A stretch of 32,000 bases of DNA from Opitutia bacterium KCR 482. GTDB taxonomy: Bacteria > Verrucomicrobiota > Verrucomicrobiia > Opitutales > Intestinicryptomonadaceae. Positions within the stretch are counted from its first letter, which is position 1. Every line of letters begins with the position of its first letter. The notes below the pieces were generated by a model that saw only the letters and a list, made by a program, of their open reading frames with translations, searched no databases and was not told the DNA's origin. Where the stretch lies: contig CP149973.1 in the NCBI GenBank assembly GCA_029269845.2, positions 510,001-542,000 on the forward strand, in the 5' to 3' direction. A program made the position numbers and the translations under genes. Shown here piece by piece: positions 24,776-32,000 of the stretch.

Positions 24776-25615
24776 ATGAAAATAATAAGCTCTCCCAAAG
24801 AAATGAAGGAATTTTCCGCGAACGCGAAAGCCGCAGGCAAAAAAATCGCGCTCGTACCCACCATGGGCGCACTGCACGACGGGCATTTGAGCCTCATCGA
24901 CAAGGCGAAATCGCTGGCGGACGTAGTGGTCGTGTCGGTTTTCGTCAACCCCACGCAGTTCGGCCCGAACGAAGACTACGACAAATACCCGCGCCAGCTC
25001 GAAGCCGACGTCGCAAAATGCGAGGAGCACGCGGCCGACGTCGTCTTCGCGCCCTCCCCCTCCGACATATACGCGCCCGACGCCTCCACCTTCGTCTCGG
25101 AAGAGCAGATAAGCCAAAACCTCTGCGGCAAAAGCCGCCCCAAACACTTCCGCGGCGTGACGACTGTTGTAAGCATTCTCTTCAATATAGTAAAGCCCGA
25201 CTTCGGCGTTTTCGGCGAAAAGGACGCCCAGCAGGTCTCCATCATCGAAAGAATGGTGCGCGACCTCTTCATGGACGTCGAAATCGTCCGCGCCCCGATT
25301 GTCCGCGAACAGAGCGGGCTCGCCCTCAGCTCGCGCAACAAATACATGACGCAGGCGGAGCGCGACGGCGCAACGCGAATCAGGAAATCGCTGCTGGCGG
25401 GCAAGGCTCTCGTCGACGAGGGCTGCACGAACATCGACAGAGTCAAGGCTCTCGTCATAAACACGCTGGCCGACCCAAAAACGCGCATAATCTATGTGGA
25501 AATTGTGGACGCCAAAACGTCGCTGCCCGTTTCGGAGCTTGCGAAAGGCAAGTGCAGAATCTCGCTCGCGGTCTGGTATGGGCAGACGCGCCTCATAGAC
25601 AACATCGTTGTTTAG
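24776..25615 (+). CDS. panC: Pantoate--beta-alanine ligase (pantothenate synthetase)
   Basis: ORF 24734..25615 trimmed to ATG 24776 (GAAGGA Shine-Dalgarno about 10 nt upstream). 279 aa. Shows KKIALVPTMGALHDGHLSLI, VSVFVNPTQFGPNEDYDKYPR and FGEKDAQQ. Confidence 0.9.
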   Translation: MKIISSPKEMKEFSANAKAAGKKIALVPTMGALHDGHLSLIDKAKSLADVVVVSVFVNPTQFGPNEDYDKYPRQLEADVAKCEEHAADVVFAPSPSDIYAPDASTFVSEEQISQNLCGKSRPKHFRGVTTVVSILFNIVKPDFGVFGEKDAQQVSIIERMVRDLFMDVEIVRAPIVREQSGLALSSRNKYMTQAERDGATRIRKSLLAGKALVDEGCTNIDRVKALVINTLADPKTRIIYVEIVDAKTSLPVSELAKGKCRISLAVWYGQTRLIDNIVV

Positions 25616-25658
25616 CGCGAAATACAACAACAACACTTTACACACCAGCAAAACAAAT

Positions 25659-27254
25659 ATGAAATTCGACGTAGTAGTAGTCGGAAGCGGAATCGCGGGG
25701 CTTAGCTTCGCGCTGAAAACCGCAAAATTAGGGCACAAGGTCGCCATCGTCACCAAAAAGGAACGCTCGGACACCAATACAAACCACGCGCAGGGGGGAA
25801 TCGCAAGCGTCACAAGCTGCGCCGACAATTTCGAATCGCACGTCAAAGACACGCTGATTGCAGGCGACGGACTCTGCCACGAAGACGCCGTGCGCGAAAT
25901 CGTGAAATCCGGCCCCCAGCAAATCAAGGATTTGATTGAGGAAGGCGTGCAATTTACAAGCCTTCAAGACGGCTCGCCGTCGCTCGGGCGCGAGGGCGGA
26001 CACTCGCAAAGACGTATCCTGCACGTCAAAGACTACACGGGACGCGCAATCGAAGAGGCTCTGCTCAAATGCGTCGCCGAAAACAAAAACATCGAGGTTT
26101 TCGAGCACCACTTCGCGATAGACCTCATCACAAAGGCGAAAACAAACTCGCTCCTCCCCGACCAGCAAAACGAAATAATCGGGCTGTACGTCTACGACAC
26201 GAAAAACAGCGTCGTAAAAACTTTCAAAACGCGCGTCGTGATGCTCGCCACGGGCGGCACGGGCTGCGTCTACCTCTACACAACAAACCCGACAATCGCC
26301 ACGGGCGACGGCATCGCAATGGCGTATAGGGCGGGCGCGGAGGTCGCAAACCTCGAATTCATTCAGTTCCACCCCACCGCGCTCTACTCGCAGACGGGCG
26401 AACGCTTCCTGATTTCGGAGGCGGTGCGCGGCGAAGGCGCAATTCTGCGCAACGCAAAAGGCGAGGCGTTCATGTCGAAATACGACCCGCGCAAAGACCT
26501 CGCCCCGCGCGACATCGTGGCGAGGGCAATCGATAGCGAAATGAAAAGGCTCGGCTCGCCCCACGTCTGGCTCGACATCACGCACAAATCCTCCGACGAC
26601 CTCAAAACGCGCTTCCCGCAAATCTACGAGCACTGCCTCAAATGCGGAATCGACATTTCGAAAGACTACATGCCTGTCGTCCCCGCGGCGCACTACATGT
26701 GCGGGGGCGTGCGCACGAAGCTCGACGCGTCTACGACAATCAGGGGGCTGTACGCTTGCGGCGAAGTCGCCTGCACGGGGCTTCACGGGGCGAACAGACT
26801 TGCGAGCAACTCGCTGCTCGAAGCCGTGGTGCTTGCCAACAACGCGTCGGTCGCGGTCGATAAATACCTCGAAAACGCAAAGGATACCGACGTCGACGTT
26901 CCGCTCTGGAAAGACGGCGACGTGCGCAACCCAGACGAGCGCGTGGTTCTGCAACACAACATGGGCGAACTGCAACGCACCATGTGGGACTACGTCGGAA
27001 TAGTCCGCACAACAAAACGCCTCGAACGCGCCCTCAACAGGATTGAAAACCTGCACAGGGAAATCGACGAATACTACTGGAATTTCAAAATCGAGCCGAC
27101 GCTCATCGAGCTTCGCAACGAAGTTCAGGTCGCGATTCTGATTATCCGCTCCGCGCTCGCGCGCCACGAAAGCCGCGGGCTGCACTACACGCTCGACTAC
27201 CCCGAAAAGCTCCCCACCACGCGCGACACAATCCTTAAAAGAGAGTCTTTCTAA
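25659..27254 (+). CDS. nadB: L-aspartate oxidase
   Basis: ORF 25608..27254 trimmed to ATG 25659 (MKFDVVVVGSGIAGLSFA). 531 aa. Shows QGGIA, HPTA, RGEGA, YACGEVACTGLHGANRLASNSLLE and SRGLHY. Confidence 0.92.
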   Translation: MKFDVVVVGSGIAGLSFALKTAKLGHKVAIVTKKERSDTNTNHAQGGIASVTSCADNFESHVKDTLIAGDGLCHEDAVREIVKSGPQQIKDLIEEGVQFTSLQDGSPSLGREGGHSQRRILHVKDYTGRAIEEALLKCVAENKNIEVFEHHFAIDLITKAKTNSLLPDQQNEIIGLYVYDTKNSVVKTFKTRVVMLATGGTGCVYLYTTNPTIATGDGIAMAYRAGAEVANLEFIQFHPTALYSQTGERFLISEAVRGEGAILRNAKGEAFMSKYDPRKDLAPRDIVARAIDSEMKRLGSPHVWLDITHKSSDDLKTRFPQIYEHCLKCGIDISKDYMPVVPAAHYMCGGVRTKLDASTTIRGLYACGEVACTGLHGANRLASNSLLEAVVLANNASVAVDKYLENAKDTDVDVPLWKDGDVRNPDERVVLQHNMGELQRTMWDYVGIVRTTKRLERALNRIENLHREIDEYYWNFKIEPTLIELRNEVQVAILIIRSALARHESRGLHYTLDYPEKLPTTRDTILKRESF

Positions 27255-27769
27255 TGCCAGACATCGAAAAATTCATAGTGTCGGTGCCCGACTTCCCGCA
27301 TAAGGGAATCGAGTTTTTCGACATCACGCCGCTCATGGCAAACCCCGAAGCGTACCGCTATACAATAGAAAAAATGGCGGAACTCGTGGCGCAGACAAAC
27401 CCGACGAAAATCATGGCGGCGGAATCGCGCGGCTTCTTCTTCGGGCCGGCAATCGCGCTGAAACTGGGGCTGCCGTTCGTGCCGATTCGCAAAAAGGGAA
27501 AACTTCCGAGGGAGACAATCGACGTGGAGTACGACCTCGAATACGGCAAGGACACGCTCTGCGTGCACCGCGACGACATCGGGAAGTCGGACAGACTCGT
27601 GGTGCTCGACGACATTCTCGCAACGGGCGGCACGGCGGAGGCGATGTGCAAAATGGCGGAACGCGTCGGCGCGGAAATCGCCTGCTGCGCGTTCTTCATG
27701 GAGCTCGGCTTCCTCAACGGGCGCGAAAAACTTAAAAACCGCAAGGTTGTTTCGATGTTTGTAAAGTGA
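27254..27769 (+). CDS. apt: Adenine phosphoribosyltransferase
   Basis: 171 aa. Shows VPDFPHKGIEFFDITPL, ESRGFFFG, FVPIRKKGKLP and VLDDILATGGT. The ATG overlaps the nadB TAA by 1 nt. Confidence 0.92.
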   Translation: MPDIEKFIVSVPDFPHKGIEFFDITPLMANPEAYRYTIEKMAELVAQTNPTKIMAAESRGFFFGPAIALKLGLPFVPIRKKGKLPRETIDVEYDLEYGKDTLCVHRDDIGKSDRLVVLDDILATGGTAEAMCKMAERVGAEIACCAFFMELGFLNGREKLKNRKVVSMFVK

Positions 27770-28176
27770 GGCTTTTCGGAAAAATCGCGGCGGCGCTCGC
27801 CGCCCTCGCGCTGGCGTCCTGCGGGACTCCGAGCGCAAACTTCTACCCGCTGGGAACGGGCGCGGCGCAAAACCTCGCGCCAATCCCCGCCGATAAAGTC
27901 CAGCTCTTCATCACAAAACGCCCCGATTTCAAATACGCGGAACTCGGCATGATAACCTACGAAACGCCATCGTCGTTTTCGGACGAGCCGCGCGTCTACC
28001 AAATCATGCGCGTAAAGGCGGGGGAAATCGGCGCGGACGGGCTGATAATAATGGATTCGCAGTCGTCGTCGGAAAGCTTTCCGCGGATTGCGCTCGACTA
28101 CTACGGCAACCCCATGCTCACCGACACAACACACTCGTACATAAAATACCGCGGCATGGCAATCAGGCGCGAATGA
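27766..28176 (+). CDS. Hypothetical lipoprotein
   Basis: 136 aa. GTG start overlaps the apt stop (GTGA). Lipobox LALASC (MRLFGKIAAALAALALASCGTP). Confidence 0.6.
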   Translation: MRLFGKIAAALAALALASCGTPSANFYPLGTGAAQNLAPIPADKVQLFITKRPDFKYAELGMITYETPSSFSDEPRVYQIMRVKAGEIGADGLIIMDSQSSSESFPRIALDYYGNPMLTDTTHSYIKYRGMAIRRE

Positions 28177-28177
28177 C

Positions 28178-28516
28178 ATGAAATGCCTGCTTCCGATAGT
28201 GCTGCTTGTCCTCTCGAACGTGTTTATGATGTTCGCTTGGTACGGACACCTGAAATTCAAGAGCGCGCCGCTGTGGTTGGCGGTCGTGGCAAGCTGGGGG
28301 ATAGCGTTTTTCGAGTACTGCCTGCAAGTGCCCGCAAACAGAATCGGACACAACTATTGGGACGCCGCGCACCTGAAAACGTTGCAGGAAGTGATAACAC
28401 TGGGAGTGTTCGTAGTGTTCTCTCTGCTGTATCTGAAAGAGGAGTTCAAGTGGAACTACGCGGTTGGATTCGCATTGATGATAGCGGCAGTGTTTTTCGT
28501 GTTCAAGAAATGGTAG
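28178..28516 (+). CDS. Small DMT-superfamily membrane protein (DUF486-like)
   Basis: 112 aa with four hydrophobic segments. The N-terminus MKCLLPIVLLVLSNVFMMFAWYGHLKF is characteristic of the conserved DUF486/DMT family. Confidence 0.75.
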   Translation: MKCLLPIVLLVLSNVFMMFAWYGHLKFKSAPLWLAVVASWGIAFFEYCLQVPANRIGHNYWDAAHLKTLQEVITLGVFVVFSLLYLKEEFKWNYAVGFALMIAAVFFVFKKW

Positions 28517-28594
28517 CGTTGGCGGGAATAAAAAACCGAAAAAAACACTTGCCATAGGCAAAAAAAGCTATTGCATAAGTCGGATAAAAATTTC

Positions 28595-28672
<78 letters not shown>

Positions 28673-28676
28673 AAAA

Positions 28677-28711
28677 ATAAGGGACTTCCGCAAGAAGTCC
28701 TTTATTTTTTT
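28677..28711 (+). terminator. Rho-independent terminator after tRNA-Thr
   Basis: ATAAGGGACTTC-cgcaa-GAAGTCCTTTAT (12-bp stem) followed by a T-run. Confidence 0.6.
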
Positions 28712-28797
28712 ACACTTACAGATGCGCGAAGTTGTACCGATTGCCCGCATGATATACCCTTAAAAAACACATTTGGGGCAAAAAAAGCTATATTTTT

Positions 28798-28816
28798 GCC
28801 TACCTGCCGCCTACCA
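28798..28816 (+). repeat. 19-bp direct repeat, copy A (GCCTACCTGCCGCCTACCA)
   Basis: Perfect copy at 30127..30145. Followed by TTTGCGGGC, whose reverse complement GCCCGCAAA follows copy B. Confidence 0.8.
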
Positions 28817-28889
28817 TTTGCGGGCGTATAGTAAACAAAATATCAATAGGTAAAAGCGGGCTGCATAAATGCCCGAGTCTCTATATCAA

Positions 28890-28902
28890 GGTTTATTAAA
28901 CC
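28890..28902. promoter_or_regulatory. 13-bp perfect palindrome GGTTTATTAAACC, copy 1 (downstream of the RHH gene)
   Basis: 6-1-6 palindrome. An identical copy lies at 29132..29144. Confidence 0.4.
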
Positions 28903-28925
28903 GCGTTTTGCGCTATTTATCATCT

Positions 28926-29096
28926 TTATCCTTTTTTTACTCGCTTTATCTCCGCGACGTATTGAGTTATTGCGTCGCGGATTATATCCGACAAAGCCAC
29001 ACCGTATTTTTGCGCCAAAACACGAGCGTCCGCCACAAGCTTCTTTTCGAGTGCAGCAGATATTCGTTCTTTTTTTGGCGATAATTTGTTGGGCAT
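28926..29096 (-). CDS. Ribbon-helix-helix (CopG/Arc/MetJ-type) DNA-binding protein, 56 aa
   Basis: Below the ORF-track size cutoff and found by hand translation: MPNKLSPKKERISAALEKKLVADARVLAQKYGVALSDIIRDAITQYVAEIKRVKKG. It shows a basic tail, a short beta-strand (ERISAAL) and two helices, which is the RHH_1 pattern. The listed 103-aa ORF 28843..29154 is a different frame of the same strand and looks spurious. Confidence 0.6.
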   Translation of the reverse strand: MPNKLSPKKERISAALEKKLVADARVLAQKYGVALSDIIRDAITQYVAEIKRVKKG

Positions 29097-29131
29097 TGTC
29101 AATCATTTTTTGATTGTCGGCAAAAAAAGCA

Positions 29132-29144
29132 GGTTTATTAAACC
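29132..29144. promoter_or_regulatory. 13-bp perfect palindrome GGTTTATTAAACC, copy 2 (in the divergent RHH/exonuclease promoter region)
   Basis: Directly abuts CTTGTCAAC (29144..29152). That sequence reads TTGTCA on the plus strand and TTGACA on the minus strand, so the -35-like boxes are shared. Confidence 0.4.
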
Positions 29145-29214
29145 TTGTCAACACTTTTTTTAAAAAATAAAAAAACTTTTGACGCCGCCGAAAAAAATCG
29201 GGAAAATAAAAAAT

Positions 29215-30123
29215 ATGAAATATTGTTTTTTAGACTTCGAAACTGCAAACAGCGAGCGCGAATCCATTTGCGCCGTGGGTATATCAGTGCGCGAAAACGG
29301 CGCTGAGATTGACTCGTTTTACTCACTTGTAAAACCGACGCCGTTTAGGCTCGACCAACGCAACCAATCCGTGCACGGTATTGAGTATACCGACCTCGTG
29401 GACGCACCCGAATTTTGGAAAGTTTATGCGCTCTTTGAACACCACCTAAACGGCATTGTGCTTACCCATAATGCCGCATTTGATTTGAGCTGCCTGTCTG
29501 CCGCACTAGACGCAAACCACATAATATATCCTGATTTTTTGTATATAGATACATTAAAAATTGCCCATAAAAAATACGAGCACGCCAAACTCTCCGACCT
29601 TGCGGAAATCTACGGCGTGCCTTATAAATACGCGCATAACGCACTTGCCGACGCCCGAATGCTCGGCGAAATCTACGAACGCATGCGCCTTGATTTTTGC
29701 CCCGAAATTTGCGGGTACGACATGCAACGCTTTAAGCCGAACCCTTTCGATTTTCCGACGTATCCGCAACCGACATCGCAAAAACAAAAGACGAGCAAAG
29801 ACGCCGCGCCGCAACAAAAGACAGTTGACGACCTGCCGTTTGCAGTCCCCGACAAAATCGAGTTTGCGGAAAAAAAATTTGTCGTGACAGGAGAGTTTGC
29901 AACCATTCCGCGAAAACGCGTCGAGGAGATTGTGCTAAAAAACGGCGGAACGTTGCAATCGGCGGCGAACTCAAAGAGTAGTTATATCATTGTTGGCAGC
30001 GTGGCGGCGAGCGGCTGGGCAAATGGCAATTACGGGCGAAAAATCGAGCAAGCTTTGAAGCAGCCGAATATCATTTTTGTTTCGGAGTCAGTCCTGAAAA
30101 ATTTCCGCGAATTTACCTTATAA
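29215..30123 (+). CDS. DEDDh 3'-5' exonuclease (DnaQ/epsilon-like) fused to a C-terminal BRCT domain
   Basis: ORF 29179..30123 trimmed to ATG 29215, 302 aa. ExoI FLDFETAN, ExoII LTHNAAFDLSCL, ExoIII HNALADARMLGEIY. A low-complexity linker (PQPTSQKQKTSKDAAPQQK) follows. The BRCT-like tail reads KKFVVTGEFATIPRKRVEEIVLKNGGTLQSAANSKSSYIIVG...IIFVSESVLKNF. Codon usage is AT-richer than in neighbouring genes. Confidence 0.85.
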   Translation: MKYCFLDFETANSERESICAVGISVRENGAEIDSFYSLVKPTPFRLDQRNQSVHGIEYTDLVDAPEFWKVYALFEHHLNGIVLTHNAAFDLSCLSAALDANHIIYPDFLYIDTLKIAHKKYEHAKLSDLAEIYGVPYKYAHNALADARMLGEIYERMRLDFCPEICGYDMQRFKPNPFDFPTYPQPTSQKQKTSKDAAPQQKTVDDLPFAVPDKIEFAEKKFVVTGEFATIPRKRVEEIVLKNGGTLQSAANSKSSYIIVGSVAASGWANGNYGRKIEQALKQPNIIFVSESVLKNFREFTL

Positions 30124-30126
30124 CCC

Positions 30127-30145
30127 GCCTACCTGCCGCCTACCA
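30127..30145 (+). repeat. 19-bp direct repeat, copy B (GCCTACCTGCCGCCTACCA)
   Basis: Starts 4 nt after the exonuclease stop. Part of a local hairpin GCCTAC-N14-GTAGGC. Confidence 0.8.
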
Positions 30146-30183
30146 AAGCCCGCAAACGTAGGCAGAACAGCAAACCACATTTA

Positions 30184-30230
30184 ATTTGTAATCATCAGGT
30201 CGTCAGTTCAAGCTGACAGCTGGCTTACTT
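30184..30230 (+). repeat. Direct repeat copy 2 (attR-like): degenerate tRNA-Thr 3' half
   Basis: 47 nt, identical to 28625..28672 except for loss of one C in the T-loop/stem junction (TTCAAGCTGAC against TTCAAGCCTGAC). There is no matching 5' half, so it is not a functional tRNA. Confidence 0.85.
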
Positions 30231-30237
30231 TTAACAG

Positions 30238-30266
30238 AAAGGGTTTCCGTTCGGAAACCCTTTTTT
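30238..30266. terminator. Palindromic terminator hairpin after the tRNA fragment (possibly bidirectional)
   Basis: AAA-GGGTTTCCG-tt-CGGAAACCC-TTTTTT. It also lies 62 nt downstream of the minus-strand gene ending at 30328. Confidence 0.55.
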
Positions 30267-30327
30267 GCGTTCGGATTGCGCGTTTTTGCGTTTGCTGACA
30301 TTCGTCTGCTACTGCGATTTTACGGGC

Positions 30328-30873
30328 TCAGGCGTTCGGCAGTTTAGAGAGCCATTCGAAGACGGCGGGGCGGAGGCGGGCGGGCATGGCGGGCGCGGTG
30401 TGGCTGAGGAATTCAAGTTTTTCTACCACTTTCCCAGCGATTTCCGTTGCCGCCTTGCGGTAGTCGCGGTCGCATGACGCGTAGATTTTTGCCGCGTCCA
30501 AAACAAGCGTCTCTGTGCGCGGATAGTATGATGTCATCAAGTTCCACGGGTTTTCGCCGCTGTCGCCGCCCGTGCGGAAGTCCGTCCGCAACAGAACTGA
30601 CGGAATGTCGGCGAATTTCGCGAACATGAATTCCACGACCGTTCCGCTGTCAAGCTCGCAACCGTCGTAATTGAACAAAGCCAAGTCGCACGAGAGCAGT
30701 GCGGAGATGTCTGCGTCGCGGATTTCCTTCGGCGAGCTGCCGCGGTGTTCGATATTTTGCGGCAGAAGGCACTCGAACTTTCCACACGAAACACGCCCTA
30801 TTTCGTCGGCGAGCATAGCGTTTCCCGCCAAGTCTTTATGCGTGAAAAGCGAGCCTGCAAAGTACACTTTCAT
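30328..30873 (-). CDS. Nucleoside 2-deoxyribosyltransferase-like family protein
   Basis: 181 aa. N-terminal MKVYFAGSLFT and the acidic block DGCELDSGTVVEFMFA match the YFAG..F / D.G...E.G.A signature of the NDT/DNPH1-like fold. A 1-nt gap separates it from the upstream MFS gene. Confidence 0.7.
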   Translation of the reverse strand: MKVYFAGSLFTHKDLAGNAMLADEIGRVSCGKFECLLPQNIEHRGSSPKEIRDADISALLSCDLALFNYDGCELDSGTVVEFMFAKFADIPSVLLRTDFRTGGDSGENPWNLMTSYYPRTETLVLDAAKIYASCDRDYRKAATEIAGKVVEKLEFLSHTAPAMPARLRPAVFEWLSKLPNA

Positions 30874-30874
30874 C

Positions 30875-32000
30875 TCAGTTTGTCTCCGATTTCTTCATTG
30901 CCTGAATTGTCCGCACCCTCGGCAGGAAGTATGCCACGATTCCCAGAAGCGGGAAGAACGAGCAGAGTTTGTAGACGAACTGAATGTCCGTGGCGTCCGC
31001 TATTTTCCCGAGCACCGCCGACGACACCCCCGCGATTCCGAACGCGAACCCGAAGAAAATTCCCGACACAAGCCCGACTTTCATCGGCAAAAGCTCCTGC
31101 GCGTACACGAGAATCGCCGAGAACGCCGACGACATTATAAGCCCTATTATCACGCTCAGCGCAACCGTCCATTCGAAGTTTGCGTACGGCATTGCCAGCG
31201 CGAACGGAGCGGAGCCTAAAATAGACCACCAAATCACGAGCCTCCGCCCGTATTTGTCGCCGACGGGCCCGCCGACGAGCGTCCCCAATGCCGTCGAGAG
31301 CAGAAACACAAAAAGCATGACCTGCGATGTCTCGATGCTCACTCCGAATTTCGACATCAGATAAAACGTGTAGTAGTTCGAAAAGCTGACCGTGTAGAAG
31401 TTTTTGGAGAACACCAAAAACATGAGAATCGCCATGACGAACCAGACCGTTCTGCGCGGAAGCGCGCCCGATTCCGATGCGTTCGAGACCGGCAGCGAAG
31501 TCTCGCGCGCGGCGATTCTGCGCGAGTACCAGCGGCAGGCGGGAACGAGGGAGACCATCGCCAAGACGGCGAGAACCGCGAATTTTGCCACGCACGTCTG
31601 CTCGCGCACGAACAGCGCGGCGAGGAGCGGCCCGAGCGCGAAGCCCGTAGAGCCGCCGACCTGAAAAATCGACTGCGCCAAGCCGCGCTTTCCGCCCGAC
31701 GCAAGCGACGTTATCCGCGACGCCTCCGGGTGCATTATCGACGACCCTATCCCCGACACGAACACCGCGCCCATGACCGAATATAGCCCGCCCGAAAACG
31801 CAATCAGAATCAGCCCGCACATCGTGCAGCAAAGACCGACGGGGAGAAACCAGCCCGCGGGTTTTTTGTCGAAAACGTAGCCGAAAAGAGGCTGCATAAT
31901 CGACGACGAAATTTGGTATGTGAGCGCAATCAGCCCGATTTCGCCGTAGGTCAAATTCAGGTTGGATTTCAGCAGCGGGTATATCGCAGAAATGATGGAC
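30875..32000 (-). CDS. MFS transporter, Fsr (fosmidomycin-resistance)-like; 5' end runs off the window
   Basis: ORF 30875..31954 continues stop-free to the window edge (...SIISAIYPLLKSNLNLTYGEIGLIALTYQISSSIMQPLFGYVFDKK), so the listed TTG start is not the true start. It has multiple TM helices and the MFS motif GDKYGRR. Confidence 0.85.
   Translation of the reverse strand, partial: SIISAIYPLLKSNLNLTYGEIGLIALTYQISSSIMQPLFGYVFDKKPAGWFLPVGLCCTMCGLILIAFSGGLYSVMGAVFVSGIGSSIMHPEASRITSLASGGKRGLAQSIFQVGGSTGFALGPLLAALFVREQTCVAKFAVLAVLAMVSLVPACRWYSRRIAARETSLPVSNASESGALPRRTVWFVMAILMFLVFSKNFYTVSFSNYYTFYLMSKFGVSIETSQVMLFVFLLSTALGTLVGGPVGDKYGRRLVIWWSILGSAPFALAMPYANFEWTVALSVIIGLIMSSAFSAILVYAQELLPMKVGLVSGIFFGFAFGIAGVSSAVLGKIADATDIQFVYKLCSFFPLLGIVAYFLPRVRTIQAMKKSETN

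Larger units (their letters stand above)
28673..30183. mobile_element. About 1.5-kb AT-richer islet at the tRNA-Thr 3' end (integrative-element remnant or cis-mobilisable element); no recombinase gene
   Basis: Bounded by the 48/47-nt tRNA 3'-half direct repeats. It is visibly lower in GC than its flanks and contains only an RHH gene and an exonuclease-BRCT gene. Confidence 0.5.

Noticed and set aside
28673-30327. Search for a tyrosine or serine recombinase, transposase or excisionase ORF in or adjacent to the islet.
   Set aside because: No frame in this interval, or in the flanking 2 kb on either side, encodes anything recombinase-like. The RHH protein could in principle be Xis-like, but that cannot be supported from sequence alone.

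Overview
GC-rich, densely coding chromosomal window from a diderm bacterium, as shown by an outer-membrane porin, a lipobox lipoprotein and Sec/Tat-type signals. A PVC-like or Lentisphaerota-like origin fits the gene content but is inference only. All family calls are by-eye motif recognition; no searches were run. Left to right: (i) A secreted carbohydrate-active cluster: a partial GH-like gene missing from the ORF track, a 600-aa secreted hypothetical, a frameshifted autotransporter-like remnant and a secreted FAD-dependent oxidoreductase with an apparently leaderless promoter. (ii) A six-gene minus-strand operon of TorF-type porin, TRAP transporter (P, Q, M), eutB and eutC. No microcompartment, eutA, eutH or eat genes are in the window. 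(iii) An MsbA-like ABC exporter divergent from two tandem, collinear 737-aa Cache-type chemoreceptors. (iv) Squalene-hopene cyclase translationally coupled (ATGA) to a TetR regulator, preceded by two related 18-bp palindromes over a sigma70-like promoter. (v) Housekeeping genes: a Nudix/phosphoribosyltransferase fusion, purU and an aminotransferase on the minus strand; panC, nadB, apt, a lipoprotein and a DMT protein on the plus strand. (vi) tRNA-Thr(UGU) followed by an AT-richer islet of about 1.5 kb. It is bounded by a 47/48-nt duplicate of the tRNA 3' half and by nested 19-bp direct repeats. It carries only a 56-aa RHH gene (below the ORF-track cutoff) and a DEDDh exonuclease-BRCT fusion, with no integrase. 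(vii) A nucleoside 2-deoxyribosyltransferase-like gene and a partial Fsr-type MFS transporter. No rRNA, CRISPR array or transposase was seen. The most unusual items are the integrase-less tRNA islet with its RHH/exonuclease-BRCT module and the porin-TRAP-EutBC operon.
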